A stretch of DNA of 64,000 bases from Pseudomonadota bacterium. Lineage in GTDB: Bacteria > Pseudomonadota > Alphaproteobacteria > UBA2136 > UBA6156. This document shows positions 17,418 to 26,636 of the stretch, piece after piece. The notes under the pieces were generated by a model that did not search any database, had not been told where the DNA came from, and saw only the letters and a program-made list of their open reading frames with translations. Within the stretch, counting starts at the first letter, position 1, and every line of letters begins with the position of its first letter. The stretch covers positions 193,526 to 257,525 of the forward strand of contig WGMN01000001.1 of the NCBI GenBank assembly GCA_016125035.1, in the 5' to 3' direction. A program made the position numbers and the translations under genes.

Positions 17418-19814
17418 TTAGCGGCGGCGGTTGAACTCCAGCTTGGGGAAGCTATCGACCTGGATGACGTCGAGGCGGGCTTGCTCGGCGGCGAGCAGGG
17501 CGCGGCCTTCCTCTACCGACAGCAGGCCTTTTTCCACTGCGGCGTGGGCCAGCTCTTCCGCCGGGGCCTTGTGCAGGTAGCCTTCCTTGATGGCCTCGGC
17601 GACCTTTTTGCGCGAGGCGGCGGTGGCCACGGTGCGCAGGTGTGCGTCTTCCAGCGCGGCCAGGCCGGGCTGGACGTGGGCGGGCAGGTAGACATCGGGG
17701 GAGAGGGCGGTGCGCAGGCCGGTGGATTCATCCAGCAGGGTGCTGACGACCTTATCGGTGAGCCTGTCGGTAGGCAGCTGCGCATGGCGGCCGAGCGGGA
17801 AGATGACCAGCCGCGCCAGCCATGCCGCCGGACGGTTGGGGAGGTTGCGCAGCACGCCGTTAAGCGCCTGTTCGACCTCCACCCTTGCCATGGTGAGGAC
17901 GTAGGTAAGCAGGGCCGCCTGGTTGTGCGGAGAGCCGGCACTGGCGTGCTGCTTGAGCGTGGCCGAGGCGATGTAGAGCCATGCAAAGGCATCGGCGTAG
18001 CGGCCGGAGAGGTACTCTTTGCGCTTCATCGCGCCGCCGAGCGTGACCAGGCCGACATCCGCCAGGAAGGCGAAGGCCGCGCTGTAGCGCGACAGGCGCG
18101 CGTGCGGGCTGTGCGCCGGGATGAGCGCCAGCACCAGGGCGCGTACGGCGTTGCGGATGACGTGACCGATGTGGCCGAAGAAGGCTTTATCGAAACCTTT
18201 GAGGTCTTTGGCGGCCACTGCGGCGACCTCGGCCTGCAGGTAAGGGTGGCAGCGAATGGCGCCCTGGCCGAAGACGATGAGCGAGCGCGAGAGGATGTTG
18301 GCGCCTTCCACCGTGATACCGATGGGGATGGAGGCGTAAGGGCGCGCCAGGATGTTGCGCGGGCCGCGTTGGATGGAAGCGCCGGCCATGACGTCCATGG
18401 CGTGGTTGACCGACGCGCGCATGCCCTCGGTAAGGTAGGCCTTGGCGATGGCCGAAGCCACCGCTGGGTGGGTTCCGGCATCCACCGCGCCGGCGGTGAG
18501 GTTGCGCGTGGCTGTCATGTAAAAAGCGTTGGCGGCGAGGCGGGCGAGGCGCTCGCGCACGCCCTCGAACTTGCCGATGGGCAGGTTGAACTGCTCGCGC
18601 ACCGAGGCATAGGCGGCGGCGGCACGCACCGACACCTGCGCAGCACCCACAGAAAGCGAAGGCAGTGAGATACCGCGGCCGGCGGCGAGACATTCCATGA
18701 GCATGCGCCAGCCGTTGCCGACCTGCTCTCTTCCGCCAATGACGACATCCATGGGGACGAAGACGTTGGTGCCGGAGACCGGGCCGTTCATGAACGGGAT
18801 GCCCATGGGATCGTGTCGTGAGCCAATGACCAGGCCGGGGGTTTTGCGCGGCAGCAGGGCGCAGGTGATGCCGATATCGTCCTTCTCGCCGAGCAGGTGT
18901 TTGGGGTCGTACAGGTGGAAGGCCAGGCCGACCACGGTGGCGATGGGGGCGAGCGTGATGTAGCGCTTGTTGAAGGTGAGCGAGATACCCATCACCTCTT
19001 TGCCTTGCCACTTGCCCATGGTGACGATACCGAAGCTTTGGCCGTTGGCGGCGTCGGACCCGGCGGTGGGTTCGGTGAGGGCGAAGCAGGGAATTTCCTC
19101 CCCATTGGCCAGGCGCGGCAGGTAGTGGTTGCGCTGGCCGGTGGTGCCGTAGCGCAGCAGAAGCTCGCCCGGCCCAAGAGAGTTGGGCACCATGACGGTG
19201 ACCGCCGTGGCCACGCTGCGGCTGGCGATGCGGGTGATGACCGCGGCATGGGCGGCGGCGGAGAAGCCCAGACCGCCGTGCTCGACCGGGATGATCATGC
19301 CGAGGAACTTGTGCTTTTTGATGAAGGCCCAGACCTTGGGCGAGAGATCGCGCTTTTGGAAAATTTCATCATCGTTGAGCATTTTGCACAGCGCTTCAGT
19401 GGGGCCGGCGAGGAAGGCCTGCTCTTCTTCAGTAAGCGGTTTGACGGTGAACTTTTTCAGCTGCGACCAATCTGGCTTGCCGGAGAAGAGTTCTTGCTCG
19501 AAGAACACACCGCCGGCTTCCAGCGCAATACGTTCGGTCTCGCCGATGGTGGGCATGGATTTGGCGGCAAGGCGCATGAGCGGCTTGGTGAGGCTGTGGC
19601 GGCGCAGCAGCGGGCAGCCGGTGATGACCGCCACCGCGGCGAAAAGACCAAGCCCGAGGTTGAAGGCCGGTGTGGCAATGCCCTGCAGGTGGCCATACCA
19701 GGCAAACAGCGCAATGGCGCCCGCCGCCACCCAGGCAAGGTAAGCGCGCCCGAAGAACGCCAGCAGGAGGAACGCCAGCGGGGCGAAGAGCAGGATGGTG
19801 TGCGGGGCTATCAT
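17418..19814 (-). CDS. fadE: Acyl-CoA dehydrogenase, FadE-type (long form, 798 aa).
   Basis: N-terminal TM helices are followed by FEQELFSGKPDW...CFALTEPTAGSDA. It is collinear with E. coli FadE. Confidence 0.85.
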   Translation of the reverse strand: MIAPHTILLFAPLAFLLLAFFGRAYLAWVAAGAIALFAWYGHLQGIATPAFNLGLGLFAAVAVITGCPLLRRHSLTKPLMRLAAKSMPTIGETERIALEAGGVFFEQELFSGKPDWSQLKKFTVKPLTEEEQAFLAGPTEALCKMLNDDEIFQKRDLSPKVWAFIKKHKFLGMIIPVEHGGLGFSAAAHAAVITRIASRSVATAVTVMVPNSLGPGELLLRYGTTGQRNHYLPRLANGEEIPCFALTEPTAGSDAANGQSFGIVTMGKWQGKEVMGISLTFNKRYITLAPIATVVGLAFHLYDPKHLLGEKDDIGITCALLPRKTPGLVIGSRHDPMGIPFMNGPVSGTNVFVPMDVVIGGREQVGNGWRMLMECLAAGRGISLPSLSVGAAQVSVRAAAAYASVREQFNLPIGKFEGVRERLARLAANAFYMTATRNLTAGAVDAGTHPAVASAIAKAYLTEGMRASVNHAMDVMAGASIQRGPRNILARPYASIPIGITVEGANILSRSLIVFGQGAIRCHPYLQAEVAAVAAKDLKGFDKAFFGHIGHVIRNAVRALVLALIPAHSPHARLSRYSAAFAFLADVGLVTLGGAMKRKEYLSGRYADAFAWLYIASATLKQHASAGSPHNQAALLTYVLTMARVEVEQALNGVLRNLPNRPAAWLARLVIFPLGRHAQLPTDRLTDKVVSTLLDESTGLRTALSPDVYLPAHVQPGLAALEDAHLRTVATAASRKKVAEAIKEGYLHKAPAEELAHAAVEKGLLSVEEGRALLAAEQARLDVIQVDSFPKLEFNRRR

Positions 19815-19835
19815 GGTTTTGTTTCCTTTGATTAA

Positions 19836-22157
19836 CTAGTTGCGCAGGGGCTTGCCGGTGCGCAGCAGGTGGGCGATGCGCGCGCGGGTGCCAGCGGTTT
19901 TGGTCAGCGCCACCAGGCCTTCGCGCTCCAGCTTGAGCACTTGGGCTTCGGTGAGGGGAACAAGAGGGTCGGCGTGCTCGGCCCCGGTGAGGGTGCGTGC
20001 AAGCTGCGTGCCGACCACCACGTCGTGCTTGGTGGCCAGGCCCTTTTGCGCGAAATCATGCAGCGCCATTTTGAGCGCGGCAAAACCGGAAGGGCCGGGC
20101 AGGGTGAAGGTAGGGGTTTGAACCGATTTGAAATCTGCCGCCATGGAGAGCGCGTAGGACTTGGCGGTGGCGAGCAGGCGTTCCGGGTTCATCACCACCA
20201 CGTCATCGGGGGTGAGGAAGTGCAGGGAGCGGGCTTCTTCCGCTGATTTGGCGACTTTGGCGGTGGCGATGGTCTCGAACGCATGGGCTACTGCCGGCAT
20301 GGGGCCCCTGCCCTTGCCGTATTTGGCGGCGCGGGCCAGCAGCTCTTTACAGCCGCCCCAGCCGGGGATGATGCCGACGCCACCTTCCACCAGGCCGATG
20401 TAGCTTTCCGCACTGGCCACGATGCGGTGGGCGTGCATGAGGATCTCTGCCCCGCCGCCGAGCGCCATGCCGGACGGCGCGGCAACCACCGGGAAAGGTG
20501 CGTACTTGAGGGCGAGGTAAGCGTTCTGCCCGTGTTTGAGGATGAGGTTGATGAGGAAGAACAGCCGCAGCTTGGAGGTGATGAGTAGCATGAGGATGTT
20601 GGCGCCGACCGAGAAGTTGCGGCCCTCGTTATAAATAACCAGGCCCTTGAAGCCGAGCGCGGGCAGCTTGCGCACTGCTTTGTTGACCATGCAGATGATG
20701 AAGGGGTTGAGCGCGTTCATTTTAGAGTGGAACTCCAGGCAGGCGATGCCGTCCCCCAAGTCCCACACGCTGGCGGAGATGTTTTTGAACAGCGGCTTGG
20801 CGCGGCGCTTGATATCCTCCAGCAGCAGCACGCCGGGCGCGCGCGGGATGGGTTGGTAGCTGCCGGTAAGCGTGAGGAACTGTTTGATGCCACCTTCCAC
20901 CCGGTAGAGCGGGCGGCCCGCAGCGGCGCGCAGAATGGCGGGGGTGGGCAGGCCCATGGTTTTGAACTCGGCTTCTACCCAGGCGGTGCCGAGTTTATCG
21001 ATGAGCTCGAAGGGGCCGTACTTCCAACCGAAACCCAGACGCATGGCGCGGTCTATATGCTCGATGTTCTCGGCGATCTCTCCCACCAGTGAGGCGGCAT
21101 AGGCCAGCGTACCGAGAATGACGGTGTGGGCGTAGCGGCCCTCGGCGCTATCGTGCATGACCAGGCCCTTAAGCCCGCGCTTTTTGGCGGCGAGCACGGC
21201 CGGCACCCTGGGGCGCGCGGCGGGCATGTGGCTGCCGGTGGAAAGGTTCATGACCAGCTTGTTCTTCTTTTCATCCAGCTTGTAGAAGCCGCCGCCGTTC
21301 TTGCGGCCGGTGAGGCCGGATTTGATCATCTGCGAGAGCAGCGCCGGGGCCGGGCCGAGCTTGCGGAAGGGGTCGGAGGCGGGCAGCGCGGTGTTCATGC
21401 TTTCCAGGATGTGCGGCATGAGGTCGAGGCCGACCAGATCCAGCAGGCCGAAGACGCCGGTTTTGGGCACGCCCATGGGTTTGGAGAGTACGGCGTCGGC
21501 TTCTTCCACCCCCACGCCTTGCTTAATGGCGTGGACCACCGCGCTGTGCATCCAGTAGGTGCCGATGCGGTTGGCGATGAAGCCGGGGGTATCGAAGCAC
21601 GGCACCACGCTTTTGCCGAGTGCGTGGTCGGCGAAGGTGGTGATGGCGGTGAGTGCGGCGGGGTCGGTTTCCGGCGAGCTGACCACTTCCAAGAGACGCA
21701 TATAGCGCGGCGGGTTGAAGAAGTGGGTGATGAGGAAGTGCGCGCGGAAGTCCTTCGGCAGGCCCTTGAGAAGTTGCGCCAGCGGCAAGGTGGAAGTGTT
21801 GGACGACACCACGGCGCCGGGCTTGCGGTGCTTGGCGATGGTTTTATAGAGCGATTGCTTGATGTCGAGGCGCTCGATGACGGCCTCGATGATCCAGTCG
21901 CATTCCGCCAGCAGGGGCATGTCATCTTCGGTGTTGGCGGGGGTGATGAGCTTGGCCGCTTTGGGCGACATGAGCGGCGCGGGGTTGGTCTTCTTCAATT
22001 TTTCAATCGCGCCGGCGGCGATGGCGTTGCGGCTGGTGGCACCTTTGGGCACGATATCCATGAGGATGACCGGCACGCCGGCGTTGGCGATGTGCGCGGC
22101 AATGCCCGCGCCCATGACGCCGGCGCCGATGACCGCGACGCGTTGGATGGGCTTCAT
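19836..22157 (-). CDS. fadN: Bifunctional 3-hydroxyacyl-CoA dehydrogenase / enoyl-CoA hydratase. The dehydrogenase domain is N-terminal, a FadN-like architecture.
   Basis: The N-terminal Rossmann motif is VAVIGAGVMGAGIA. The C-terminal crotonase fold is LGGGAEILMHAHRIVA...EGGVGIIPGWGG. The start MKPIQR was chosen, and it overlaps the fadA stop. Confidence 0.85.
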   Translation of the reverse strand: MKPIQRVAVIGAGVMGAGIAAHIANAGVPVILMDIVPKGATSRNAIAAGAIEKLKKTNPAPLMSPKAAKLITPANTEDDMPLLAECDWIIEAVIERLDIKQSLYKTIAKHRKPGAVVSSNTSTLPLAQLLKGLPKDFRAHFLITHFFNPPRYMRLLEVVSSPETDPAALTAITTFADHALGKSVVPCFDTPGFIANRIGTYWMHSAVVHAIKQGVGVEEADAVLSKPMGVPKTGVFGLLDLVGLDLMPHILESMNTALPASDPFRKLGPAPALLSQMIKSGLTGRKNGGGFYKLDEKKNKLVMNLSTGSHMPAARPRVPAVLAAKKRGLKGLVMHDSAEGRYAHTVILGTLAYAASLVGEIAENIEHIDRAMRLGFGWKYGPFELIDKLGTAWVEAEFKTMGLPTPAILRAAAGRPLYRVEGGIKQFLTLTGSYQPIPRAPGVLLLEDIKRRAKPLFKNISASVWDLGDGIACLEFHSKMNALNPFIICMVNKAVRKLPALGFKGLVIYNEGRNFSVGANILMLLITSKLRLFFLINLILKHGQNAYLALKYAPFPVVAAPSGMALGGGAEILMHAHRIVASAESYIGLVEGGVGIIPGWGGCKELLARAAKYGKGRGPMPAVAHAFETIATAKVAKSAEEARSLHFLTPDDVVVMNPERLLATAKSYALSMAADFKSVQTPTFTLPGPSGFAALKMALHDFAQKGLATKHDVVVGTQLARTLTGAEHADPLVPLTEAQVLKLEREGLVALTKTAGTRARIAHLLRTGKPLRN

Positions 22158-23293
22158 TATATGCGCTCCAGAATGGTGGCGATGCCCTGGCCGCCGCCGA
22201 TGCATTGGGTGGCCAGCGCGTAGCGTTTTTTGGTGCGGGCGAGCAGCGCGGCGGCCTTGCCGGTGATGCGCGCGCCGGTGGCGCCGAGCGGGTGGCCGAG
22301 CGCAATGGCGCCGCCATCGATATTGGTAACTTTAAGATCCACATCGAGTTCCTCGATGACCGCGAGGGACTGAGCGGCGAAGGCTTCGTTGAGCTCGATT
22401 ACGTCCATGTCGGTGAGTTTGAGGCCGGCGCGCTCCAGCGCTTTTTGGGTGGAGATGACCGGGCCCAGGCCCATGGTTTGCGGCGCGCAGCCGGAGATGG
22501 CCACCGAGACGATGCGGGCAAGAATGGGCAGCTTGTGCTTTTTGGCAAATTCCTCTGACGTGACCAGCACGGCGGCGGCGCCGTCGGTAAGCGGCGAAGA
22601 GGTGCCCGCGGTGACGGTGCCTTTGGCGTCGAAGGCCGGTTTGAGGGTGGCCAGGGTTTCGGCCGTGGTACCGGCGCGGATGCAGCCGTCTTCGCTGACG
22701 GTGCCGGTGGGGGTTTCGATGGGGACGATCTCGTCTTTAAGCAGGCCGGCTTTTTGTGCAGCGGCGGCTTTTTTGTGGCTTTCCACCGCGAAGCCGTCTT
22801 GCACCTCGCGGTTCAGTTTATACATTTTGGCCAGGTTCTCGGCGGTTTCGCCCATGCCGATGTAGGCCTGGGGGAACTCTTTATAAAGCTTGGGGTGCGG
22901 CAGCGGGTTGAAGCCGCCCAGCGGCACGCGGGACATACTTTCCACCCCCGCGCAGATGAAGGCCTCGCCCGCGCCTATGGTGATGGCGCCGGCTGCGATG
23001 TGGATGGCCTGCATGGACGACCCGCAGAAGCGGTTGACGGTGAGGCCGCCGACGCTTTGCGGCAGGCCAGCAAGGAAACCAATGATGCGCGCAACGTTGA
23101 AGCCCTGTTCGGCCTCGGGGAAAGCACAGCCGACGATGAGGTCTTCCACCAGTTCCGGCTTGATTTTGGTGCGCTTGACCAGGGCTTTGACCACCTGGGC
23201 GGCCAGTTCGTCTGGCCGGGTGCCCGCCAGGGCGCCCTTGGAGGCAGGGGTGAACGGCGAGCGCGCGTAGCCTGCGATGACGACGTTCTTCAT
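22157..23293 (-). CDS. fadA: Acetyl-CoA C-acyltransferase (3-ketoacyl-CoA thiolase).
   Basis: The thiolase signatures NRFCGSSMQA (active-site Cys) and GGGQG(I) are present. An SD, aaaaggaga, precedes the ATG. Confidence 0.9.
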   Translation of the reverse strand: MKNVVIAGYARSPFTPASKGALAGTRPDELAAQVVKALVKRTKIKPELVEDLIVGCAFPEAEQGFNVARIIGFLAGLPQSVGGLTVNRFCGSSMQAIHIAAGAITIGAGEAFICAGVESMSRVPLGGFNPLPHPKLYKEFPQAYIGMGETAENLAKMYKLNREVQDGFAVESHKKAAAAQKAGLLKDEIVPIETPTGTVSEDGCIRAGTTAETLATLKPAFDAKGTVTAGTSSPLTDGAAAVLVTSEEFAKKHKLPILARIVSVAISGCAPQTMGLGPVISTQKALERAGLKLTDMDVIELNEAFAAQSLAVIEELDVDLKVTNIDGGAIALGHPLGATGARITGKAAALLARTKKRYALATQCIGGGQGIATILERI

Positions 23294-23414
23294 GGGGACC
23301 TGTCTCCTTTTGTTGGGCCGCTTGCGGTTGGAACCGGTTGGCGGCTGTACCTTATATGAGTTTGGTGGCGGTGTTCCTGACAGTGTGCTTTTTTTGCAAG
23401 TTTATGAGTTATTT

Positions 23415-23452
23415 GTGTTTTTTATGCAAATAAGGCGGCCAAAAAGGCCGCC
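23415..23452 (-). terminator. Rho-independent terminator of the acyltransferase-esterase gene, upstream of the fad operon promoter.
   Basis: A hairpin ggcggcc-aaaaa-ggccgcc is followed on the minus strand by UUAUUUGCAUAAAAAA. Confidence 0.65.
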
Positions 23453-23471
23453 GAACGGGGGGTGGAAAGGG

Positions 23472-25760
23472 TTACAGCAAGCCGCCGGAACTGCGGATGA
23501 ACTTTTTCAACTCCTTCCAGGTGGGACCGATGTTGGCGGCAACCAGACCGTGGGGCGCACCAGGAATAGAGGTGAGCTGTTTTTGCGAGGTGCCGAGGCG
23601 GGCCAGGATGGCCGGGGCGCTGCTGGGTTTGACCGTTTGGTCGGCCGTGCCCTGCAACAGCAGCACCGGGGTGGTGACGGCGGGCAGCGCGGCTTTGAAG
23701 GATTTGATGAGCAGGCGCAGTTCGTTCAGCGCCGCCAGCGGTGCGCGAGTGTAGCCGTTGTGGGATTCAGGGTCGCCATATGGGTAGGTGCCGAGCAGGG
23801 CCTTGACCCCCGGCAGCCAACCGAAATAGCGGCGGATGGGCATGACCAGGGGCAATATGTGCATGTTGGCATCCTGCACGTACAAGGGCGCGGCGACGCT
23901 GGCGACACCGGCCAGCTGCGCCGGGTGCGTGGCGGCAAAGGTGAGGGAAAGCGCCGCGCCGGTGGAAAAACCGACGATGACCACTTTATCCACATGGGCG
24001 GCGAGGATGCGGTAGTTGGTTTCCACCGCTTGCAGCCACTGGGTGTAGGGACGGTCTTCCATATCCAGGAACGAGGTACCGTGGCCGGGCAGGCGCAGGC
24101 CGAGCACCGCGTAACCGGCGTGGTGCAGGGTATCGGCGAACGAGCGCATCTCGGACGGCAGGGCGGCAAAGCCGTGCACCATGAGCACGCCGACCTTGGC
24201 GCGTTTTTGCGGCAGCAGGAAGTAAGGGCGGCCGCTGTGCGGGAAGGTGGGCTGGTAGACGGTATCCGGTGCTTTTTTGCCCCAACGCGAACGCTGGCCT
24301 TCGAAATCGATCAGTTCGTCGGCGAAGCGGTAGGCGGCGAGTTCCGCCTCGGTGGTTTTGGGGGCTTCGCGCAGGGCCTTGGCGACGATCTCGCTCACCT
24401 GTTTGATCGGCGCAATTTCGTTAACGTGGACCTGCACCGGGTTTTCGATGCGAGCGAGTTCGTACGGCGATTTCTCGGTGAGGATGGTGGGGGCGATGTG
24501 GTAGGTTTCGTCTTCCATGGTGACCAGGCCGGCGGTCTCGCAGGCGTGCATGAAGCCGCGCACGCTGCGGGCGGTGCCGGAGAGAATGCCGCCGTAGCTG
24601 GAAGGACGGGTGACCGTGCAGTGCAGGTTGAGCGTGGTGCGTTGCAGCTGCTTGATGGAGAGGTAGATGATTTTATGAAACTGCGTCTGGCTGATGGTGA
24701 ACAGCCCTTTCTCGGCCATTTGGGCGATAAGCGTGGCGGCGACGTGGTTGATGTTGACGGCGGTGCCGGAATAAAGGCGGCGGGCGTATTCCGCGCGGAC
24801 GCGCTCGGTGTGTTTATCCACCATGGACTTAAAGGCATTGCCGACGAGGCCATCGGGAGCCTCGTGCGCGGCGAAGAGTTGCGCCACCGAGTGCAGCGAC
24901 TTGAGCGCCTGGCCGGCGAGCATACCTTCCGCCCAGCCCAGCTTGGGCAGGGCCTTCATTGGGGTGCCGAAGTGCAGGTACATATCGGTGCGGTGGAGCA
25001 GCATGTTGGTTTCTGTAACAATATCTGAATAGGCCTCGGCCGGCATTTTGCCGAGCAGGCGCTCGGCCAGGTTGACCAGACCGTTGCGGCCGTTGCGCAG
25101 CGGGTAATAAGTGATGGTGCCGGGCACAATGAGGGTGGGTTTTTCCACCGCGGCGCGAAGTTCGGCCGGAGTGAGGTGCAAGGATTCCTGCCATTGCAGC
25201 AGGGCGGCGGTGTCTTCCGCGGCAATAAGGCCGCGAATGTGGTTTTTGAGGATATCCAGCGTGACCGCCAGCGCGGCGGCGCCTTTATGGTGCTTGCGGA
25301 TTTTGCCGGTGGTGCCGGAGTGCATGACGTAGTTGCCGTGGTCGTCGAGCACGCGTTTGTCGCGCACGATGCCTCCCTCCGGGTAAATAACCACTTTGCG
25401 GCCGCGCAGAATTTCCGCCGCCAGGAAGGGCAGCAGGCCGGGCATATCGGTGGGCACAGCGCCCATGCCGCGCAGGTGGTGGCTGAAGGTATCATTAAGC
25501 TTGAACAGCCCGCCGTAGGCCACCGCACGCACCATGGTGCCGGTGTGGTGGAACAGCAGGTAGGGCGGAACGGTGGTTTCCAGCCGGGTGAAGTGGTTGA
25601 ACAGGAAGATATCGCCGTTGGCCATGGCGCCCGGTTCTTCGGTGGTGTGGATGTCGAGCGGCAGGCGGTCGCGCAGCATCTCGAACAGGTGCATGTAGCG
25701 GGCGTAAGTGGCCTGCCGCAGCGGCAGTTGGAGTTCGGTGGGGGTGGGGGCGGGTTCCAT
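23472..25760 (-). CDS. Fusion protein with an N-terminal PlsC-like acyltransferase domain and a C-terminal alpha/beta-hydrolase (carboxylesterase/lysophospholipase-like) domain.
   Basis: The N-terminal part has NHFTRLE (an HX4D/E-like motif) and VVIYPEGG (motif III). The C-terminal part has an HG motif (MVHGF), a GFSTG nucleophile elbow, GTADQ and APHGL. Confidence 0.65.
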   Translation of the reverse strand: MEPAPTPTELQLPLRQATYARYMHLFEMLRDRLPLDIHTTEEPGAMANGDIFLFNHFTRLETTVPPYLLFHHTGTMVRAVAYGGLFKLNDTFSHHLRGMGAVPTDMPGLLPFLAAEILRGRKVVIYPEGGIVRDKRVLDDHGNYVMHSGTTGKIRKHHKGAAALAVTLDILKNHIRGLIAAEDTAALLQWQESLHLTPAELRAAVEKPTLIVPGTITYYPLRNGRNGLVNLAERLLGKMPAEAYSDIVTETNMLLHRTDMYLHFGTPMKALPKLGWAEGMLAGQALKSLHSVAQLFAAHEAPDGLVGNAFKSMVDKHTERVRAEYARRLYSGTAVNINHVAATLIAQMAEKGLFTISQTQFHKIIYLSIKQLQRTTLNLHCTVTRPSSYGGILSGTARSVRGFMHACETAGLVTMEDETYHIAPTILTEKSPYELARIENPVQVHVNEIAPIKQVSEIVAKALREAPKTTEAELAAYRFADELIDFEGQRSRWGKKAPDTVYQPTFPHSGRPYFLLPQKRAKVGVLMVHGFAALPSEMRSFADTLHHAGYAVLGLRLPGHGTSFLDMEDRPYTQWLQAVETNYRILAAHVDKVVIVGFSTGAALSLTFAATHPAQLAGVASVAAPLYVQDANMHILPLVMPIRRYFGWLPGVKALLGTYPYGDPESHNGYTRAPLAALNELRLLIKSFKAALPAVTTPVLLLQGTADQTVKPSSAPAILARLGTSQKQLTSIPGAPHGLVAANIGPTWKELKKFIRSSGGLL

Positions 25761-26018
25761 CTGTATAGGCTTATGCCCCCATATGGGAGCAATTCTGACA
25801 CAAATACCATTAAAATGAGTGGGTTAGATTGTTGCAGTGCAGCATGAAAAAAGGAAACCTGCATGGAAACAAAGGGCTGGGCTTACCGCAGTGCGAGAAA
25901 AGTGGTGGCCGACGGGAAAGAATGTCAGGGAGCAGGGCTTGACAAGGCGGCGTGGGACAGGCTAATTCAAAACCGACCAAACGGTGCAGATACGAGCCCA
26001 GGAAAACTAAGGAACAAG

Positions 26019-26630
26019 ATGCCAAGACCAAGCAACCGCGAACAGATTTTGGATGCCGCCGAAAAAGTAGCCGTGGACAGCGGCGCCGCCCATTTAACCT
26101 TGGATGCCGTGGCCGCCGCGGCCAAAGTGAGCAAGGGAGGCCTGCTTTATCACTTTAAGGACAAAGATGCCATGCTGGCCGCGCTGGTAGAGCGTTATAT
26201 GGTGCGTTGCAACGACAAGCGCATGGAAGACTTCCACGCCATGGGCGGTGATGCCAGCGCGCAGTTGAAATCACAAATCACCACCATTTGCGACGACAAG
26301 GGCATGCCGCGCGGCCTGCACCAGACCCTGTTGATCGCCTGCGCCAACACGCCGGCCATGATGGACCCCCTGCGCAAGGTGGCGCAGCTGAATATGGACA
26401 ACATCCGCAAAAACTTTAAGCACCCCGAGCAGGCCCTGACGCTGCTGCTGGCTGCCCATGGTTTACGCTTTTTAGATTTACTTCAATTTCAGCCCTTCAG
26501 CGTGGAAGAGCGGAAAACCGTGATGCGCTATTTGTTGGACACCAGCGACGCGCTGGCCACCGGTGGACGCAGTACTTTGGATGGTTATACTGGAATGACC
26601 AAACCAAGCTTTAAATCAGCAAGGAAATAG
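26019..26630 (+). CDS. TetR/AcrR-family transcriptional regulator.
   Basis: An N-terminal HTH, REQILDAAEKVAVDSGAAHLTLDAVAAAAKVSKGGLLYHF, is present. The gene sits 7 nt upstream of the RND membrane-fusion protein gene. Confidence 0.8.
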   Translation: MPRPSNREQILDAAEKVAVDSGAAHLTLDAVAAAAKVSKGGLLYHFKDKDAMLAALVERYMVRCNDKRMEDFHAMGGDASAQLKSQITTICDDKGMPRGLHQTLLIACANTPAMMDPLRKVAQLNMDNIRKNFKHPEQALTLLLAAHGLRFLDLLQFQPFSVEERKTVMRYLLDTSDALATGGRSTLDGYTGMTKPSFKSARK

Positions 26631-26636
26631 CAAAAC

